The notes: generated from the letters alone by a model not told the origin. DNA of 64,000 nucleotides from an uncultured delta proteobacterium (GCA_963806225.1 CAWDXG010000001.1:1600001-1664000); one strand, 5' to 3'. Numbered from the stretch's first letter, positions 10,792 through 21,966 are shown. Numbers and translations: made by a program.

Positions 10792-10849
10792 TTCCCACCC
10801 GTGGCGGTATCCTTGGATCACCCCAAACGGGGGGGCGGACGCGGGCGGT

Positions 10850-13800
10850 TCAGCCGACCAGGTTGAGCCGGCGGCGTGCTTCGCCGAATTGTTCGCTCAC
10901 GCTGAACACCGCGATATCCCGCGCCTCGGGATGGCGCACGACCCACTTGATCCGGTCGGGGCCCTCCGGGGGCATTCCGCCCTGCTGGCCGAGCGAAAGG
11001 GCAATGGCCCGCAGCGCCGCGCTCGGGTTGCCCAGTGCCAGAAGGCCGGTGCGGTTGCCCCACTGGTTGACCGCGGTCGCCAGCTGGCTGGCACGGTTCC
11101 CGATGGATCCGATGACCTCGAGAGCGAGCACCGGTACGTCCGGATCGAGGTTGCGCGGCATCGCGCCCTGGATGCGCTGTCGGGCCTCGGCCATCTTCTT
11201 CGCGTCGACGCCCTGCGGCTGCCAGTCCGGTGCGAAGACACCGAGATACGCAGCCGTGAGGGGCCACAGATCAATGGGTGAGGTCCGCGACAGGGTCGAG
11301 GCATGCGCCTGGAGGATCTTCAACGCCCGGACCAGGAGGAAGTAGCGAGCCGCCTCGTCGTCGCCGTCCAGAAGGGCCTTGCCGAACACGAGCTGCGGGG
11401 GATTCGAGCTCACCGGCATGCAGGCCGCGCCTATCGTCGTCGACACGAACACATCGAGGCTGTTGATGCCGAACGCACGCGCCAGTTGCCGGATGTTTCC
11501 GACGAAGTCCTGGGCCTCGGCCGGCATCGGCGCCGCGCGCAGGACGCGGAGGTCGACCGGATAGGCCGCATCGAGCGCATCGCCGCTCTTTCTGAGCAGT
11601 GCCCGGAGCGGCAACGACAAGAGCTCCGGAGACAGGAACTCGTCGAGCTGCGCGTCTCCCGCAGCGGGGCCCCCGCCGCGCAGCGGCTCCTCGCGGCCTT
11701 CCAGTGCTGCAATCGTGGAGACTGCCACCTTGGCCGAATCGGCATCACCCTTCAGCTCCGCGACGGTCCCGAGTATCTCGAAGAACGAGGTGTCGAAGCG
11801 GCCCGTGCCGAGCGCGCGTCGAGCGTCGGTGGCCGCGCGATCGAGCACCATGTGCAGCGCGCGCTCCTCCCCCTTGCGCTGGTAGAAGTCGGCCAACGCG
11901 CGGAGCACGTCTCCGTTGTGGCTCCACTGCTTGCGCGCGCGCTCGAGCGTGGCTTCCGCCTTCTTCGGGTCGCCCACGACTTCGTCGTAGACGCGGGCCA
12001 GCGCAATCGTGCGTTCGCACTTTTCCTCGGGGCTCTCTGCCCGCTCGACCAGACCGTTGGCGAGCTCGACCGCCTTGGCGGTATTGCCCAGGCGTCCGTA
12101 CACGTCCACCAGACGCTTGGTCGCGGCAACGTCGTCTGGTCGCCGCTTGAGCACCTCCTGGTATGAAAGCTCGGCGCGTTCGGGATTCTGGAGCTCGCCT
12201 TCGTAGAGCTCACCGAGCTTTTCGTAGATGTCCGCTTGGCGCTCGGGTTCCGCGGCGTGGCGTGCCAGGCGGATCCACGCCTGCTCTGCGCCGCTCCAGT
12301 CGCCTTCCGCCATGCATATCTCGGCGAAGGCGTCGAGTGCTTCGGCGTGGTCCGGGTTCGCGTCGAGTGCTGCGGCCAGCGCCTGCTTGGCCGCCGCGCG
12401 GTCGCCGACCTCCGCCAGTGCCCGGCCGCGGGTGACCTCGAGGGCGATGCGCTGTTCCGGATCCGTCGTCTGCTCGAGCCGCTGTTCGATGAGGCTCGCG
12501 AGCTTGGTGCGTTCGTTCGCGGCGACGTACAACGCCTGCAGACGCTCGAACACGTCCTCGTTGTTGACGTCGATTTTGGCGGCGTGTTCCAGCGCGAGCA
12601 GGCCGCGGTCCGTATTGCCCACCTTGTCCAGCCAGAGGAGCGCGGCCTGATGCCAGGCGCCCAGCTGGTGCGCCGGGACGGCACTCGCCGCTGCGAGCGC
12701 TTCGAAAGATTCCGCAGCGCCCGTGGCGTCGCCCAGGGAATCGAGAACCTCGGCGCGCGTGGTGATGGCTACGAGGTGTTCCGGAACGAGCTCGACGGCG
12801 CGCTCGAGCAGCGCACTGGCCTCCGGGAGATTGCCGAGCCGTGCCGCCGCCTCGGCGGCGCGCAACGCCAGCGTTGCGGCGTCGATGCCGCGAGTCGACA
12901 GATCGCACAGCCAGCGATCGGCTTTCAGCACCGCCTCGTCCTCGCCGGTCGCACGCGCGAGTGCGCTGAGCTCCCTCAGCGCCCAGAGCGAGGGGCTCTC
13001 GCCGTTCACCACGATGTCGACCAGATCGCGCGTCTGCAGCCACTCGCCGTTGCGCGCGCGGAGCCGCGCCGCCAGCATGGCGTGGGCGGTGGCCTCGCTG
13101 GCGTCCAGAAGCGGCGCCAGCGTCGCCGCAATGGGACCCAGCTCGTCCTCGCGGCCTGCCTCGACGTAGGCTTGTTCGAGCCGGCGGAGAGCGGGCAGGT
13201 AGTCGGGTTCACGCTCGAGAATGGCGCTCTGCCAGAGCAGTGCGCTGGACTGATCGCCGCGCGCACGATCGAGCCTGCTGCAGCGCTCGTACAATTCGCG
13301 TTCGACCGCCGGGTCCTCCGCTGCGCGCGCCCGCGAAAGGAGCTCTTCGCTCAAGGCGGCGGACCCGGGGCCTGCGCCCGCGTTGCGCTCGGCGGCGATC
13401 TCTGCAAGTTCGCTGCCGCCGCGCTTGACCGCTGCGACCGCGGCACGCGCGGCGCCTTCCGGATCGCCGGCGCGCTCGAATTCAAGTGCCGCTTCCAGGA
13501 GCAGGGGCAGGGCCTGATCCGGCTCCAGCGATTCGGCAAGCTGTTCCCGCCATTCGCCCTTGCTGGCGCGCGCGCCGGGAGTCAGGCGGTCGTGCAGTGA
13601 TTCGAGGGCGACATCGCCCGGCCGCGCCTGGCATGCCTGTTCCACGAGCGAGGCGGCCAGCTCGAGGTCGCTGTCGGCGACGAGCAGAGCTTCCCTGACC
13701 TCGTCCAGGGCCCGCTCGACGTTGTCGGTCGACGCGTCCCGGCGGCGCTGCAGCCACAGAACCAGGCGTTCGACGTCTCCGCGTGCACGGGCGTGTTGTT

Positions 13801-16429
13801 CGCCCAGGCGGTAGGCGAAGGGCAGTGCAGGCATCGCCTCGGCAGCTTCGGCAAGCAGCGCCTGGTATCCCTCGGGGTTCTCGTCGCCGCGACGCACCGC
13901 GGCTTCGATCAGGAGCAGGGCGCGCTGCGCGTCGTCGCCGCAGGCCCGCGCCAGTGCCAGAAGGAGCTCCGCGGCGCCGTGCGGCGCGGCCCTCGACGCG
14001 AGCACGCGTGCGGCCGCCTCGTACGTTGCGTCGGCAGCCAGCGCCGAGGCGTACTGGCGCATTGCGGCTTCGCTGTTGCCGCCGGCTTCGTAGGCCAGCC
14101 CAGCCGCGAGGTGCCGATCGCGCACGGCTTCGCCGTCTTCGTCGTCGCCGGGCCAGCTCGCCAGCGCCTCGGCCACATTCGCTGCGTCGTGTGCCGAGAG
14201 CGCAAGCTCCAGGGCGAGCACTCGCGACAGCGGATGCTCGGGGTGAGCAATCGCGAAGCTCTCGCTTGCCGTGCGCAGGACGTCGGGGTCGTGCTCCTTC
14301 GCCACCTCTGCGGCGAGGGCCCGCCCAAGCTGGACTTCGCTTCGCGAGTGCTCCTCTCCGCTGCTGATCGTCGGGAGCTGTCCGGGGGGCAGGCTGCTTG
14401 CCTCGCAGGCAGCGGCCAGCGGCCGTAGCGATTTGTCCTCGGCGAGCTCCGCGAGCGACTGCCGGACGCCTTCCGCGCCACCGTCCGTGAGCGCGGCGAG
14501 AGCGGCGCGGTCGGCGGCAGTGAAAGGATCGGTCGGGGCCGCCTCGTCGCCGGTCTCCGCGGGCTGGCGGATCGCGGCTTGCAACGCATCGGGATCGCCC
14601 TGTTCCAGCGCGCGCGCCGCCAGAGCGCGGCGGACGAGCGGATCGGGGCCCCGTTCGAGCAACCGCTGGAGCAGCTGGATCGACCGGGCGCGGGACCCGC
14701 TGGCGGAGGCGAGCAGCGACGAAGCCAGCCACATCGCGCCGCGCTCCAGGCCCTCGATCCGCGCCAGCTCGGCCACGGCATCGCCGGCGGCGGTCTGATC
14801 CTGGCTCTGCATTGCGGCTCGGGCGTCGCCGAACGCGGTCTTCGAGCGGTCGACCCCGGCCTCGTCGGGTGCGGCTCCGCCGCGCAGCCGGACCAGCTCG
14901 TGCGTTGCCTCCACCAGCGTGGCCAGCGCCGGGGCCTCGGGCCAACGAATGCGGGGTGGATCGGCGCTCTGTCCAAGCTGCTCGGCGAGCTTCATCGCGT
15001 GCGCTCGTGGATCGGACGGCAACGCGCGGGCGGCCTGCTCGAACTTGCGCTTCGCGCTCTCCGTGTCGCCGAGGATCAAGCGATTCAGCTCCGCGGAGAG
15101 CAGTGCAGCGTGCGCGCGCGCCTCGGGCGTCGGGGACGCCCGGGTCTCCGACTCCAGCGCCGCCGCGACCGCCGGCCAGTCGTCTTCCGCCGCCGCTAGC
15201 CAGCGCAGTTGGCGATGCGCGAGAGGCATGGACGGCGCGGCTGTGGCAGCCGCGCTCGCAGCCTCGCGGGCCCGGCTGGCTTCGCCGGCCATGGCCCACA
15301 GCTCGCTGGAGATCAACAGCGCGCGGGCCCGCACCTGGGGGTCGGATGCGCTCTGTGCCTCGCTCTCGAGCAGCTCGGCGCGTGCGAGCCACTCGTCGCG
15401 CATCTGGTGGGCAACGAGCTGCGCCGCGGCGGGCTGCTCGTCGCTCCACGCCGTCGGTCCGCCGGCGGGGCGCAACGAGCGCACGCTGGGTGGAGGGGTA
15501 ACGCTGGCCGCGCGTGCCGCGAGCTGGGACTCGTCCGGGGTGTGCGAAGGAGTGAGCTCCTCGAAATCGTCGACCGCTTCCGGCGGAAGGCTCTCGAGGC
15601 TGCCGGTTGTCAGAGCATCGTCTTCGAGGGCGATGTCGTCGTCGAGCGCAGCATCGGCTGTCTCCGGCTTGCCTGTCGACGGTGGCACTTCGGCGAAGGA
15701 GCCGGCGTCCAGCATCTCGAGCCCGTCGAACTCGTCGACCGCTGGCGGCTTGGAGGCGTGCGGAGCGCTGCCTTCCGGCTCTGGAGTCGTCGCGCTGGGC
15801 GCCCGTGGCGGCGGTCGCTGCGCGGTCGGAGCGGGTCTGGGAGGCGGCGGTCGCGGGAGAGCCGCGGGACGCGCTGCTGGAGGACGCGGCGGTGCCGCGG
15901 GTGGCGCTGCGGCGGGCGCCTCGGACTCCGTCGGTTCCGCGAGCAGCGAGTCGATATCGTCCCCACTGTCCGCCGTGTTGCTGGCGAGCGCCTGATCCAC
16001 CCCGAACGATCGGCGGTCGCCGACCATGGTCACTTCGTCGGCTGGAAACGCGCGCTGCTCGGGCTCGTGCAGCTTGTGGCCTGGTCGCGAGACGGGTGGC
16101 TCCGCCGGCGCCCGCGGGGCCGAAGCCGGGCGGGGCGGTGCCGGTGCCGCCGGCTTCTCTGGCGCGGGCGCGGCGGGTGGCGCGGGCGCAGCGGGTGGCG
16201 AGGGCGCAGCGGGTGGCGAGGGCTGCGAAGGGGTTGGGGAGCCCGGGACCGAGTCGTCTTCCGAGAGCAGCGAGTCGAGCAGCGCATCCGGCTCGAAATC
16301 GAGGTCGCCGAGCTCGGCCCCGATGCTGCCCGCCGTACCGCTGCGGCCGGCGCCCGAGCCCCCCCGGTGCGGGTGTTCGGAATCCGTCTTGCCGGACGGT
16401 TTGGGGTCGCGCTTGTCCCGATCGCTCAT
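10850..16429 (-). CDS. Giant TPR-repeat protein (about 1859 aa) with Pro/acidic N-terminal region
   Basis: ATG at 16429 (MSDRDKRDPK) overlaps the stop of the upstream gene; many TPR-like helical repeats; C-terminal domain resembles that of the upstream paralog. Confidence 0.85.
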   Translation of the reverse strand: MSDRDKRDPKPSGKTDSEHPHRGGSGAGRSGTAGSIGAELGDLDFEPDALLDSLLSEDDSVPGSPTPSQPSPPAAPSPPAAPAPPAAPAPEKPAAPAPPRPASAPRAPAEPPVSRPGHKLHEPEQRAFPADEVTMVGDRRSFGVDQALASNTADSGDDIDSLLAEPTESEAPAAAPPAAPPRPPAARPAALPRPPPPRPAPTAQRPPPRAPSATTPEPEGSAPHASKPPAVDEFDGLEMLDAGSFAEVPPSTGKPETADAALDDDIALEDDALTTGSLESLPPEAVDDFEELTPSHTPDESQLAARAASVTPPPSVRSLRPAGGPTAWSDEQPAAAQLVAHQMRDEWLARAELLESEAQSASDPQVRARALLISSELWAMAGEASRAREAASAAATAAPSMPLAHRQLRWLAAAEDDWPAVAAALESETRASPTPEARAHAALLSAELNRLILGDTESAKRKFEQAARALPSDPRAHAMKLAEQLGQSADPPRIRWPEAPALATLVEATHELVRLRGGAAPDEAGVDRSKTAFGDARAAMQSQDQTAAGDAVAELARIEGLERGAMWLASSLLASASGSRARSIQLLQRLLERGPDPLVRRALAARALEQGDPDALQAAIRQPAETGDEAAPTDPFTAADRAALAALTDGGAEGVRQSLAELAEDKSLRPLAAACEASSLPPGQLPTISSGEEHSRSEVQLGRALAAEVAKEHDPDVLRTASESFAIAHPEHPLSRVLALELALSAHDAANVAEALASWPGDDEDGEAVRDRHLAAGLAYEAGGNSEAAMRQYASALAADATYEAAARVLASRAAPHGAAELLLALARACGDDAQRALLLIEAAVRRGDENPEGYQALLAEAAEAMPALPFAYRLGEQHARARGDVERLVLWLQRRRDASTDNVERALDEVREALLVADSDLELAASLVEQACQARPGDVALESLHDRLTPGARASKGEWREQLAESLEPDQALPLLLEAALEFERAGDPEGAARAAVAAVKRGGSELAEIAAERNAGAGPGSAALSEELLSRARAAEDPAVERELYERCSRLDRARGDQSSALLWQSAILEREPDYLPALRRLEQAYVEAGREDELGPIAATLAPLLDASEATAHAMLAARLRARNGEWLQTRDLVDIVVNGESPSLWALRELSALARATGEDEAVLKADRWLCDLSTRGIDAATLALRAAEAAARLGNLPEASALLERAVELVPEHLVAITTRAEVLDSLGDATGAAESFEALAAASAVPAHQLGAWHQAALLWLDKVGNTDRGLLALEHAAKIDVNNEDVFERLQALYVAANERTKLASLIEQRLEQTTDPEQRIALEVTRGRALAEVGDRAAAKQALAAALDANPDHAEALDAFAEICMAEGDWSGAEQAWIRLARHAAEPERQADIYEKLGELYEGELQNPERAELSYQEVLKRRPDDVAATKRLVDVYGRLGNTAKAVELANGLVERAESPEEKCERTIALARVYDEVVGDPKKAEATLERARKQWSHNGDVLRALADFYQRKGEERALHMVLDRAATDARRALGTGRFDTSFFEILGTVAELKGDADSAKVAVSTIAALEGREEPLRGGGPAAGDAQLDEFLSPELLSLPLRALLRKSGDALDAAYPVDLRVLRAAPMPAEAQDFVGNIRQLARAFGINSLDVFVSTTIGAACMPVSSNPPQLVFGKALLDGDDEAARYFLLVRALKILQAHASTLSRTSPIDLWPLTAAYLGVFAPDWQPQGVDAKKMAEARQRIQGAMPRNLDPDVPVLALEVIGSIGNRASQLATAVNQWGNRTGLLALGNPSAALRAIALSLGQQGGMPPEGPDRIKWVVRHPEARDIAVFSVSEQFGEARRRLNLVG

Positions 16430-19400
16430 CGGACTCCCATTCCGAGCCGCTCGCGGACGGCCAGGTAGCTCGGTGACAACACGAAGCCGAGCAGGCGCTG
16501 CGCGCGCTCCTGCGCATCGACAGAAGCGCCGATCTGTCCGCGCGAGCCAGGGCCGTCGGCAAGCACGTGCGAGACGTCGCCGGCGGCAACGGCCGCCAGC
16601 CGGTCCAGACTGGAGGTTGCCGCTTGCACCCACGCGAGCAGATCCTGCCCGGCCTCCGCCACGGGCTGCGCCAGTTCCGGCAGCATGCGGCGGACACGCC
16701 TGCTCATCTCCTTGCCGAGCTGTCGCTCGAACTCGCCGAGCATCGCGTAGTGTGGCGAGGGTACCTCGACGCCGGCTAGCCGGCATGCAGCCACGATCAG
16801 CGCAGCGACATCCGTGGGCGGACGGTGACGCAGGATAGTGGTCCCGCGGCGCAGGGCGAACAACTCGCGCGCCACGAGCTGGCGATGATACGGCGCCAGC
16901 GGCGCGGCGACACCGGTGCCGAGCACCAGCGCAGGGCGCTCGGTCGCCACGCCGTACACCGCGTTCGGTTCGCTGCCGCCAATGTAGAGGTCGAAATCAC
17001 CCAGCCCGAGCGCGCCCGCCCATGCGGCGACATCATTGCGTATCGGCAGGCCGGAGCGCGGGTCGACGCGCTCGCGCTTCCCGACCCCGAAGGTGGCAAG
17101 GCCAGGACCGAGTGCTTCGGCGATGGTTGGAGCCAACTCGCGGACCAGCCGCGGGATCGGGCCGCTGTCATCCGGATCGCAGAGCTCGGGCAGCGCGCTC
17201 TCGTCGATCGCGATCTGGGGCAGTCGTGCCACACGCTGGTCGAGCACCGCGAGCTCGCCGTCGATCTGCCTTGTGCCTTCTCCGAGCGCGACCAGCACGC
17301 CGAGTGCCGCCTGTCTGAGTGGTGCGTTTTCGAGCTTGCCGGCGATGCGCGCCAGGCGGTCGACCGTCTCGGCGTCGAGCGGCTCGCGGGTCGACTTCTC
17401 GACGAGCGCATCGCGTCCGCGCTCGACCAGCGGCAGGGCGGTTTCGTCGGGCAGTACGTCTGCCAGCACTAGATCGAGCGCTTCGCCGTCCCCGGGCGCC
17501 TCCGATAGCAACTTGACGGCGGCGCGGACTGCGTCCTCCGGCTTCTGCCGGCGATCGCGGTGGATGGACATCGCGAGGCGCGCCGCCTCGATGCGTCCCT
17601 GCTTCGTGTCGCGCTCGTTCATGAGCTGCTCGAGCACTTCGGTTGCCTGATCCCAGGCTTCGGCACGCGCGGACGCGCGGGCGAGACGCTCCCGCACCGG
17701 CAGGGTGCTGAGCCCCTGGTGATGCAGGCTGACCAGCACCTCGAGTGCCTTGTCCAGCTCGCCCAGCTTCTTCTCGTACAGGTCGACGGCCGCAACTCCG
17801 CTCATGAGGCGCTGCTTGACGGGTGCATCGGAGAGGGTCGAAAGCCGCGCCAGCTTGGCGGCGGCTTCAGGGAACTGCTTGGTCGTGATGCAGATCTCGC
17901 CAGATAGCGCCAGCGCGCCGACGTGATCCGGCTCCAGCATGGTGACGTTCTCCAGCGCGGCCAGCGCGCCCTCGCGATCCCCGGCGGCACGCAGGACGCG
18001 GGCGCGCTCCCAGAACATCTTGGCAATCTCGTCGGGATCCTCGGCGACTTCGAGGCGTGCGGCGATGAGCTCGAGCAGGCGCGGGCCGTCCTTCCTCGCG
18101 CGCACGATGCGGAACAGGCGATCGAAGGACACGAAACGCCCGATGTCGCGTTCCACCGCGCGCGCAAGGGCGAACTCGCCGCGCTCCTCGTCGTCGAGCT
18201 CATCGATGAGGATCAGCGCTGCCTGTTCCCACAGCTCCGCGCCGCGTTGATCGTCGGAGGCGATGTCGCCCAGCGCGGCGCATGCCTCGGCGACGGTCGC
18301 ACGATCTCCTCCAGCTGCAGACGCGGCGCGCAGGCCCTCCCAGCCGATGAGCTCCTGCGGGTAGGTCTCGATCACCGCGCGGAACGAGTCCACTGCTCCG
18401 TCGATGTCCAGCGCCGCGAGTTGGTTCCACCCCGCAAGGGCCATCGACAGCGAAATGCTCTCGTCGCCGAGCGTGTCGTCGACGGCGAACAAGGCGCGGG
18501 AGCGCCTTCGCGGGTCGCACCCGGGCAACGCCAGCTCGAGGTTGGCGAGCATCGCTGCCGGCTCTTCGGATTCGAGCAGTGCTTCGTCGCGTCCGGTTGA
18601 CAGGTGCGCGACCAGCGTTGCGCTGGCCAGCATGTCGGCACTGGCCTCCCCCTGGAGGCGTTCCGCCAGTGCGCGTCGTGCGTCGACCTCGCTGCCCGGA
18701 TCGTCCGCAGCGACGCTGGCGCCGAGCCATTCGAGCGCGGCTGCGGGCGAGGGGTCGTCCTCCGCCCAGCGACGGGCGCTCTGTGCGAGCGCGGTCGGGG
18801 CCATCTGCCCGCTCTCGCGTACAGCTTCGAGCTCCAGCTGGAAGGCGGCGCGGCGGCAGACCGACCTCGCCGCGTCCGAGCTTGCTCCGAGCTTTTCCAG
18901 AGCCTCCAGCCGGGTCTCCCGCTCCTGGGTGTCGAGCCACAGGGCACGCGCGAGAACGGCGGCCGTGGACAGGTCAGCGGCTGCCGAAGGACCGATCGCG
19001 TCGAGCGACGAGCGGGCCTGTATCGCGTCACCCTGCTTGCCGAGCTCGAGCGCGAAGCGCTCCAGCTCGATCAGTCCCGAACCATCGCCGGCCGACTCGA
19101 GCACGCGCCGGCGCGACTCGACGTTGTCCGGATCGGCTGCGCGCAGCGCCCAGCCAAGGAGCGCGGAACCCGACGCCGGGGCTGCTGCTTCGGCGCCCGA
19201 AAAGCACTCGACCGCTGCACTGCGGTCGCCGGTCTGCCAGTAGCGGATGCCGGCTTCCATCTGCATCGCCGCCGAGAGCAGCGGATCCTGCGTGGCTGCC
19301 GCACACGCCGACACGATCTCGGCGCTGCGCCGCGTGTCGCCGCCGGCGCCGACCACGCCGGCAAGTGCCGTCGCGACGACCGTGTCGGAGTTGTCTCCCT

Positions 19401-21213
19401 CGTGCAGCTCTTCCAGTTCCGTGATGGCCTCGTCGTGGCTGCCGGCCGTGAGCGCCCTGAGTGCGACGACCGTGCGCAGCGCACGGGCCGCGTCCGGGTC
19501 GGTCTCGGCGCGCGCCAGCGCGAGCAGCGGCGGCGTCAGCTCCTCTGCGGGTGGAGGCATGCTGGCCGCGGGGACCTCCGCTGCCGACTGCGGGGGTGGG
19601 GCGAGCTCCAGCGAGTACGCGCGCAGCGCGTGCCCCAGCCAGGCGCCGCGCGGGGCCTTGGCCAGCGCCGAAAGCGCGCTTTCCGCCGCCTGCCGATCGC
19701 CGCGCAGCAGCCGCGCGCGCGCGAGCTCGAAGCCCAGGCTCGCGTGCTCCGCGTCGGTCGCGCCGGCCGCCAAAAGCCGCCGCGTGGCTTCCTCGTACCA
19801 GGCGGCGTCGCCTGCCAGTCCCGCCAGCATCCGCGCAACACGCGCCACCACGCCGGGGGACGCGCCGTACATGCCCGCCTGGGAGAGGGCGGCCCTGGCG
19901 CCCTGCACGTCACCTGAAAGCCGGGCCCAGGCGTCGGCCGCGAGCAGGTAGTAGCGGGCCTTGGCCTCGTCGTTCGGCAACTGCTCGGCGCAGGCCTCCA
20001 GAGCGCTCGTCAGTCGCGATGGGTCGTGCCCGCCTGCCAGCAGATCCAGCTCTAGCGCGCGTGCTGGAATGCAGCCCGGGTCCTCGGCGAGCGCCTTGTC
20101 GGCGGCCTCGAGCGCATCCAGGCCGTTGCCCTCCGCGGCGGCGCCTTCGGCTACGCGCAACCACATGGCTGCGGCGCGCGCGCCCTTGGTTCCGCGCTCG
20201 ATTGCGGCCTTCGCGATTCGCGCTGCCGCTGCGGTGTCGCCCGCGGCGTCGGCCGCGCTCATGCGCGCCTGCAGCAGCGACGGGTCGTCGGGCAGCCGCT
20301 CCAGCGCCTGGTCGAGCAGCCTGGTTGCCGCGTCCAGATTGCCCTGGCGCCGCTGGGCTTCGGCTGCACGCAGCAAGGCGTCCGCTGCCGATGCGAGCGT
20401 GCGCTTGTAGCGCGGGATGCCGAGCGCATCCGCTGTCGATGCGTCGTCCAGGGACCTCAGGACCAGCGCCGCCTGCGCTTCGAGTGCGCGGGCGGTCACG
20501 TCGTTGCGGTCTTCGCGTTGACCGAGCTCCTCGAGCGCGGCGAGCGCGAGATAGGTCGCCCCGCTCTTCTGTTCGATGGCGAGATCCAGCGACTCCAGGG
20601 CGGCCTCGGCATCGCCCGCCGCGAGCTGTCCCGAAGCCAGATCCACCAGCAGCAGCGCGCGCCAGGTCGGGTGCTGTGTCAGCCCGGTGCGGGCCGCGAG
20701 TGCCCGCAGCCTGATTGCGTCGTCGCCCAATCTGCCCGCGATGACCTCCAGGGCCAGCCAGCCCGCTGCGTCCTCGGGCCGCTCGGCGACGGCTTCTTCC
20801 AACGTTGCGCGAGCCGCTTCCAGATCCTGCTCCTGGTCGGCCTGGAAGGCGGCCTGGGCCAGAAGCGCGCGCGCTCGCTCCTCCGGTGCATCGGCGACCC
20901 GGACCAGCCGTTCCAGCAGCTTGCCGAGGTTCTTGTAGGATTGTCGCTGCGAGATAATCGCGATCAAGCGCTCGAGCGGCTCGCGGAAATCCGGTTCCAC
21001 ATTGACCGCACCGAGCTGTTCGCGCGCGGCGGCAGCCTCGTCGCCGAGCGCTTCGGACAGCACACCAATCTCGTGCAGCAGGATCGCCTGCGATGCCGAG
21101 GTCGTGGCGGCGTCGTGCTCCGCGCGCAAACGGTTGATCGTCGACGTGATCAGCGCGGGGTCGGGGGGCGCTGCAGATGTGCTGGCGTTCGGCGGTCTGG
21201 AGGTGCTCGACAT
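16426..21213 (-). CDS. Giant TPR-repeat protein (1595 aa)
   Basis: Long Ala/Leu/Glu/Arg-rich helical repeats (ALENVTMLEPDHVGAL); translationally coupled to the downstream TPR gene. Confidence 0.85.
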   Translation of the reverse strand: MSSTSRPPNASTSAAPPDPALITSTINRLRAEHDAATTSASQAILLHEIGVLSEALGDEAAAAREQLGAVNVEPDFREPLERLIAIISQRQSYKNLGKLLERLVRVADAPEERARALLAQAAFQADQEQDLEAARATLEEAVAERPEDAAGWLALEVIAGRLGDDAIRLRALAARTGLTQHPTWRALLLVDLASGQLAAGDAEAALESLDLAIEQKSGATYLALAALEELGQREDRNDVTARALEAQAALVLRSLDDASTADALGIPRYKRTLASAADALLRAAEAQRRQGNLDAATRLLDQALERLPDDPSLLQARMSAADAAGDTAAAARIAKAAIERGTKGARAAAMWLRVAEGAAAEGNGLDALEAADKALAEDPGCIPARALELDLLAGGHDPSRLTSALEACAEQLPNDEAKARYYLLAADAWARLSGDVQGARAALSQAGMYGASPGVVARVARMLAGLAGDAAWYEEATRRLLAAGATDAEHASLGFELARARLLRGDRQAAESALSALAKAPRGAWLGHALRAYSLELAPPPQSAAEVPAASMPPPAEELTPPLLALARAETDPDAARALRTVVALRALTAGSHDEAITELEELHEGDNSDTVVATALAGVVGAGGDTRRSAEIVSACAAATQDPLLSAAMQMEAGIRYWQTGDRSAAVECFSGAEAAAPASGSALLGWALRAADPDNVESRRRVLESAGDGSGLIELERFALELGKQGDAIQARSSLDAIGPSAAADLSTAAVLARALWLDTQERETRLEALEKLGASSDAARSVCRRAAFQLELEAVRESGQMAPTALAQSARRWAEDDPSPAAALEWLGASVAADDPGSEVDARRALAERLQGEASADMLASATLVAHLSTGRDEALLESEEPAAMLANLELALPGCDPRRRSRALFAVDDTLGDESISLSMALAGWNQLAALDIDGAVDSFRAVIETYPQELIGWEGLRAASAAGGDRATVAEACAALGDIASDDQRGAELWEQAALILIDELDDEERGEFALARAVERDIGRFVSFDRLFRIVRARKDGPRLLELIAARLEVAEDPDEIAKMFWERARVLRAAGDREGALAALENVTMLEPDHVGALALSGEICITTKQFPEAAAKLARLSTLSDAPVKQRLMSGVAAVDLYEKKLGELDKALEVLVSLHHQGLSTLPVRERLARASARAEAWDQATEVLEQLMNERDTKQGRIEAARLAMSIHRDRRQKPEDAVRAAVKLLSEAPGDGEALDLVLADVLPDETALPLVERGRDALVEKSTREPLDAETVDRLARIAGKLENAPLRQAALGVLVALGEGTRQIDGELAVLDQRVARLPQIAIDESALPELCDPDDSGPIPRLVRELAPTIAEALGPGLATFGVGKRERVDPRSGLPIRNDVAAWAGALGLGDFDLYIGGSEPNAVYGVATERPALVLGTGVAAPLAPYHRQLVARELFALRRGTTILRHRPPTDVAALIVAACRLAGVEVPSPHYAMLGEFERQLGKEMSRRVRRMLPELAQPVAEAGQDLLAWVQAATSSLDRLAAVAAGDVSHVLADGPGSRGQIGASVDAQERAQRLLGFVLSPSYLAVRERLGMGVR

Positions 21214-21280
21214 GCGCTTCGGGTGACGCGGCTCCCTGGCGACTCTAGGCCACTGCGGGCCTCATGCCTAGGCGCTCTGG

Positions 21281-21850
21281 TCAGTCATTGCGGCGGACGA
21301 TCCAGTAGCCGCGGGGCGTATCGATCGGCTTTTCATACACATGCCCCTTCGGCAGCGTGAAAAGGATGTACTGGGCCGCGGGTTCGAGAACGCCCCGCGG
21401 GATATGACCGGCGTCAGCAGTGGAGCCCGGGTCGCCATGCTTGACCGCATCATCGAAGTCCTTCTTGGCCAGCTCGATGAGCTTCTCGGCGCGCTCGCGG
21501 GCCTTCTGCTTGCTCGGCGCACTCTTGGGGGCTGACTGCGCGCCTTCGTAGGCGAACAGGATAGCTCCGAAGCCGACGCTCTTGGGGGCCGTGGCTGGAA
21601 GCGGAGGAACCGGCTTGCCGTTCGGAAGCAGGTTGAACCCGCCGGCATCCGCCGACCCTCCGCCGGTGGTCCCGGTTGCCTCGGCACCGGCATCGGCCGC
21701 CGTGAGGGCGGGTGGAGGCGTGGCCGAGGGCTGCGTGGAAGCTGACTCTACAGGCGGTGGTGTCACTACCGGCCCGCGGGCCTGGAGCAGGACCACGACG
21801 ATTGCCGCGGCGAACAACGCACCGAACGCCGCGAAGGTCCACCTCTGCAT
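21281..21850 (-). CDS. Membrane-anchored parvulin/PpiC-type peptidyl-prolyl isomerase-like protein
   Basis: N-terminal TM segment; ILFAYEGA...SKQKARERAE...GHIPRG...PIDTPRGYWIVRR matches the rotamase pattern, although the usual His residues are substituted. Confidence 0.75.
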   Translation of the reverse strand: MQRWTFAAFGALFAAAIVVVLLQARGPVVTPPPVESASTQPSATPPPALTAADAGAEATGTTGGGSADAGGFNLLPNGKPVPPLPATAPKSVGFGAILFAYEGAQSAPKSAPSKQKARERAEKLIELAKKDFDDAVKHGDPGSTADAGHIPRGVLEPAAQYILFTLPKGHVYEKPIDTPRGYWIVRRND

Positions 21851-21966
21851 TCCGGCGTTGTCGCGTACCACGGATCGGCGCGGGGGCGCGATGGATTCCG
21901 GGTCGGGCAGGCCCGCACAATGGGCGACAAGGTCGGTGTTCACCTGCTAATACACGCAGAGTCGCG

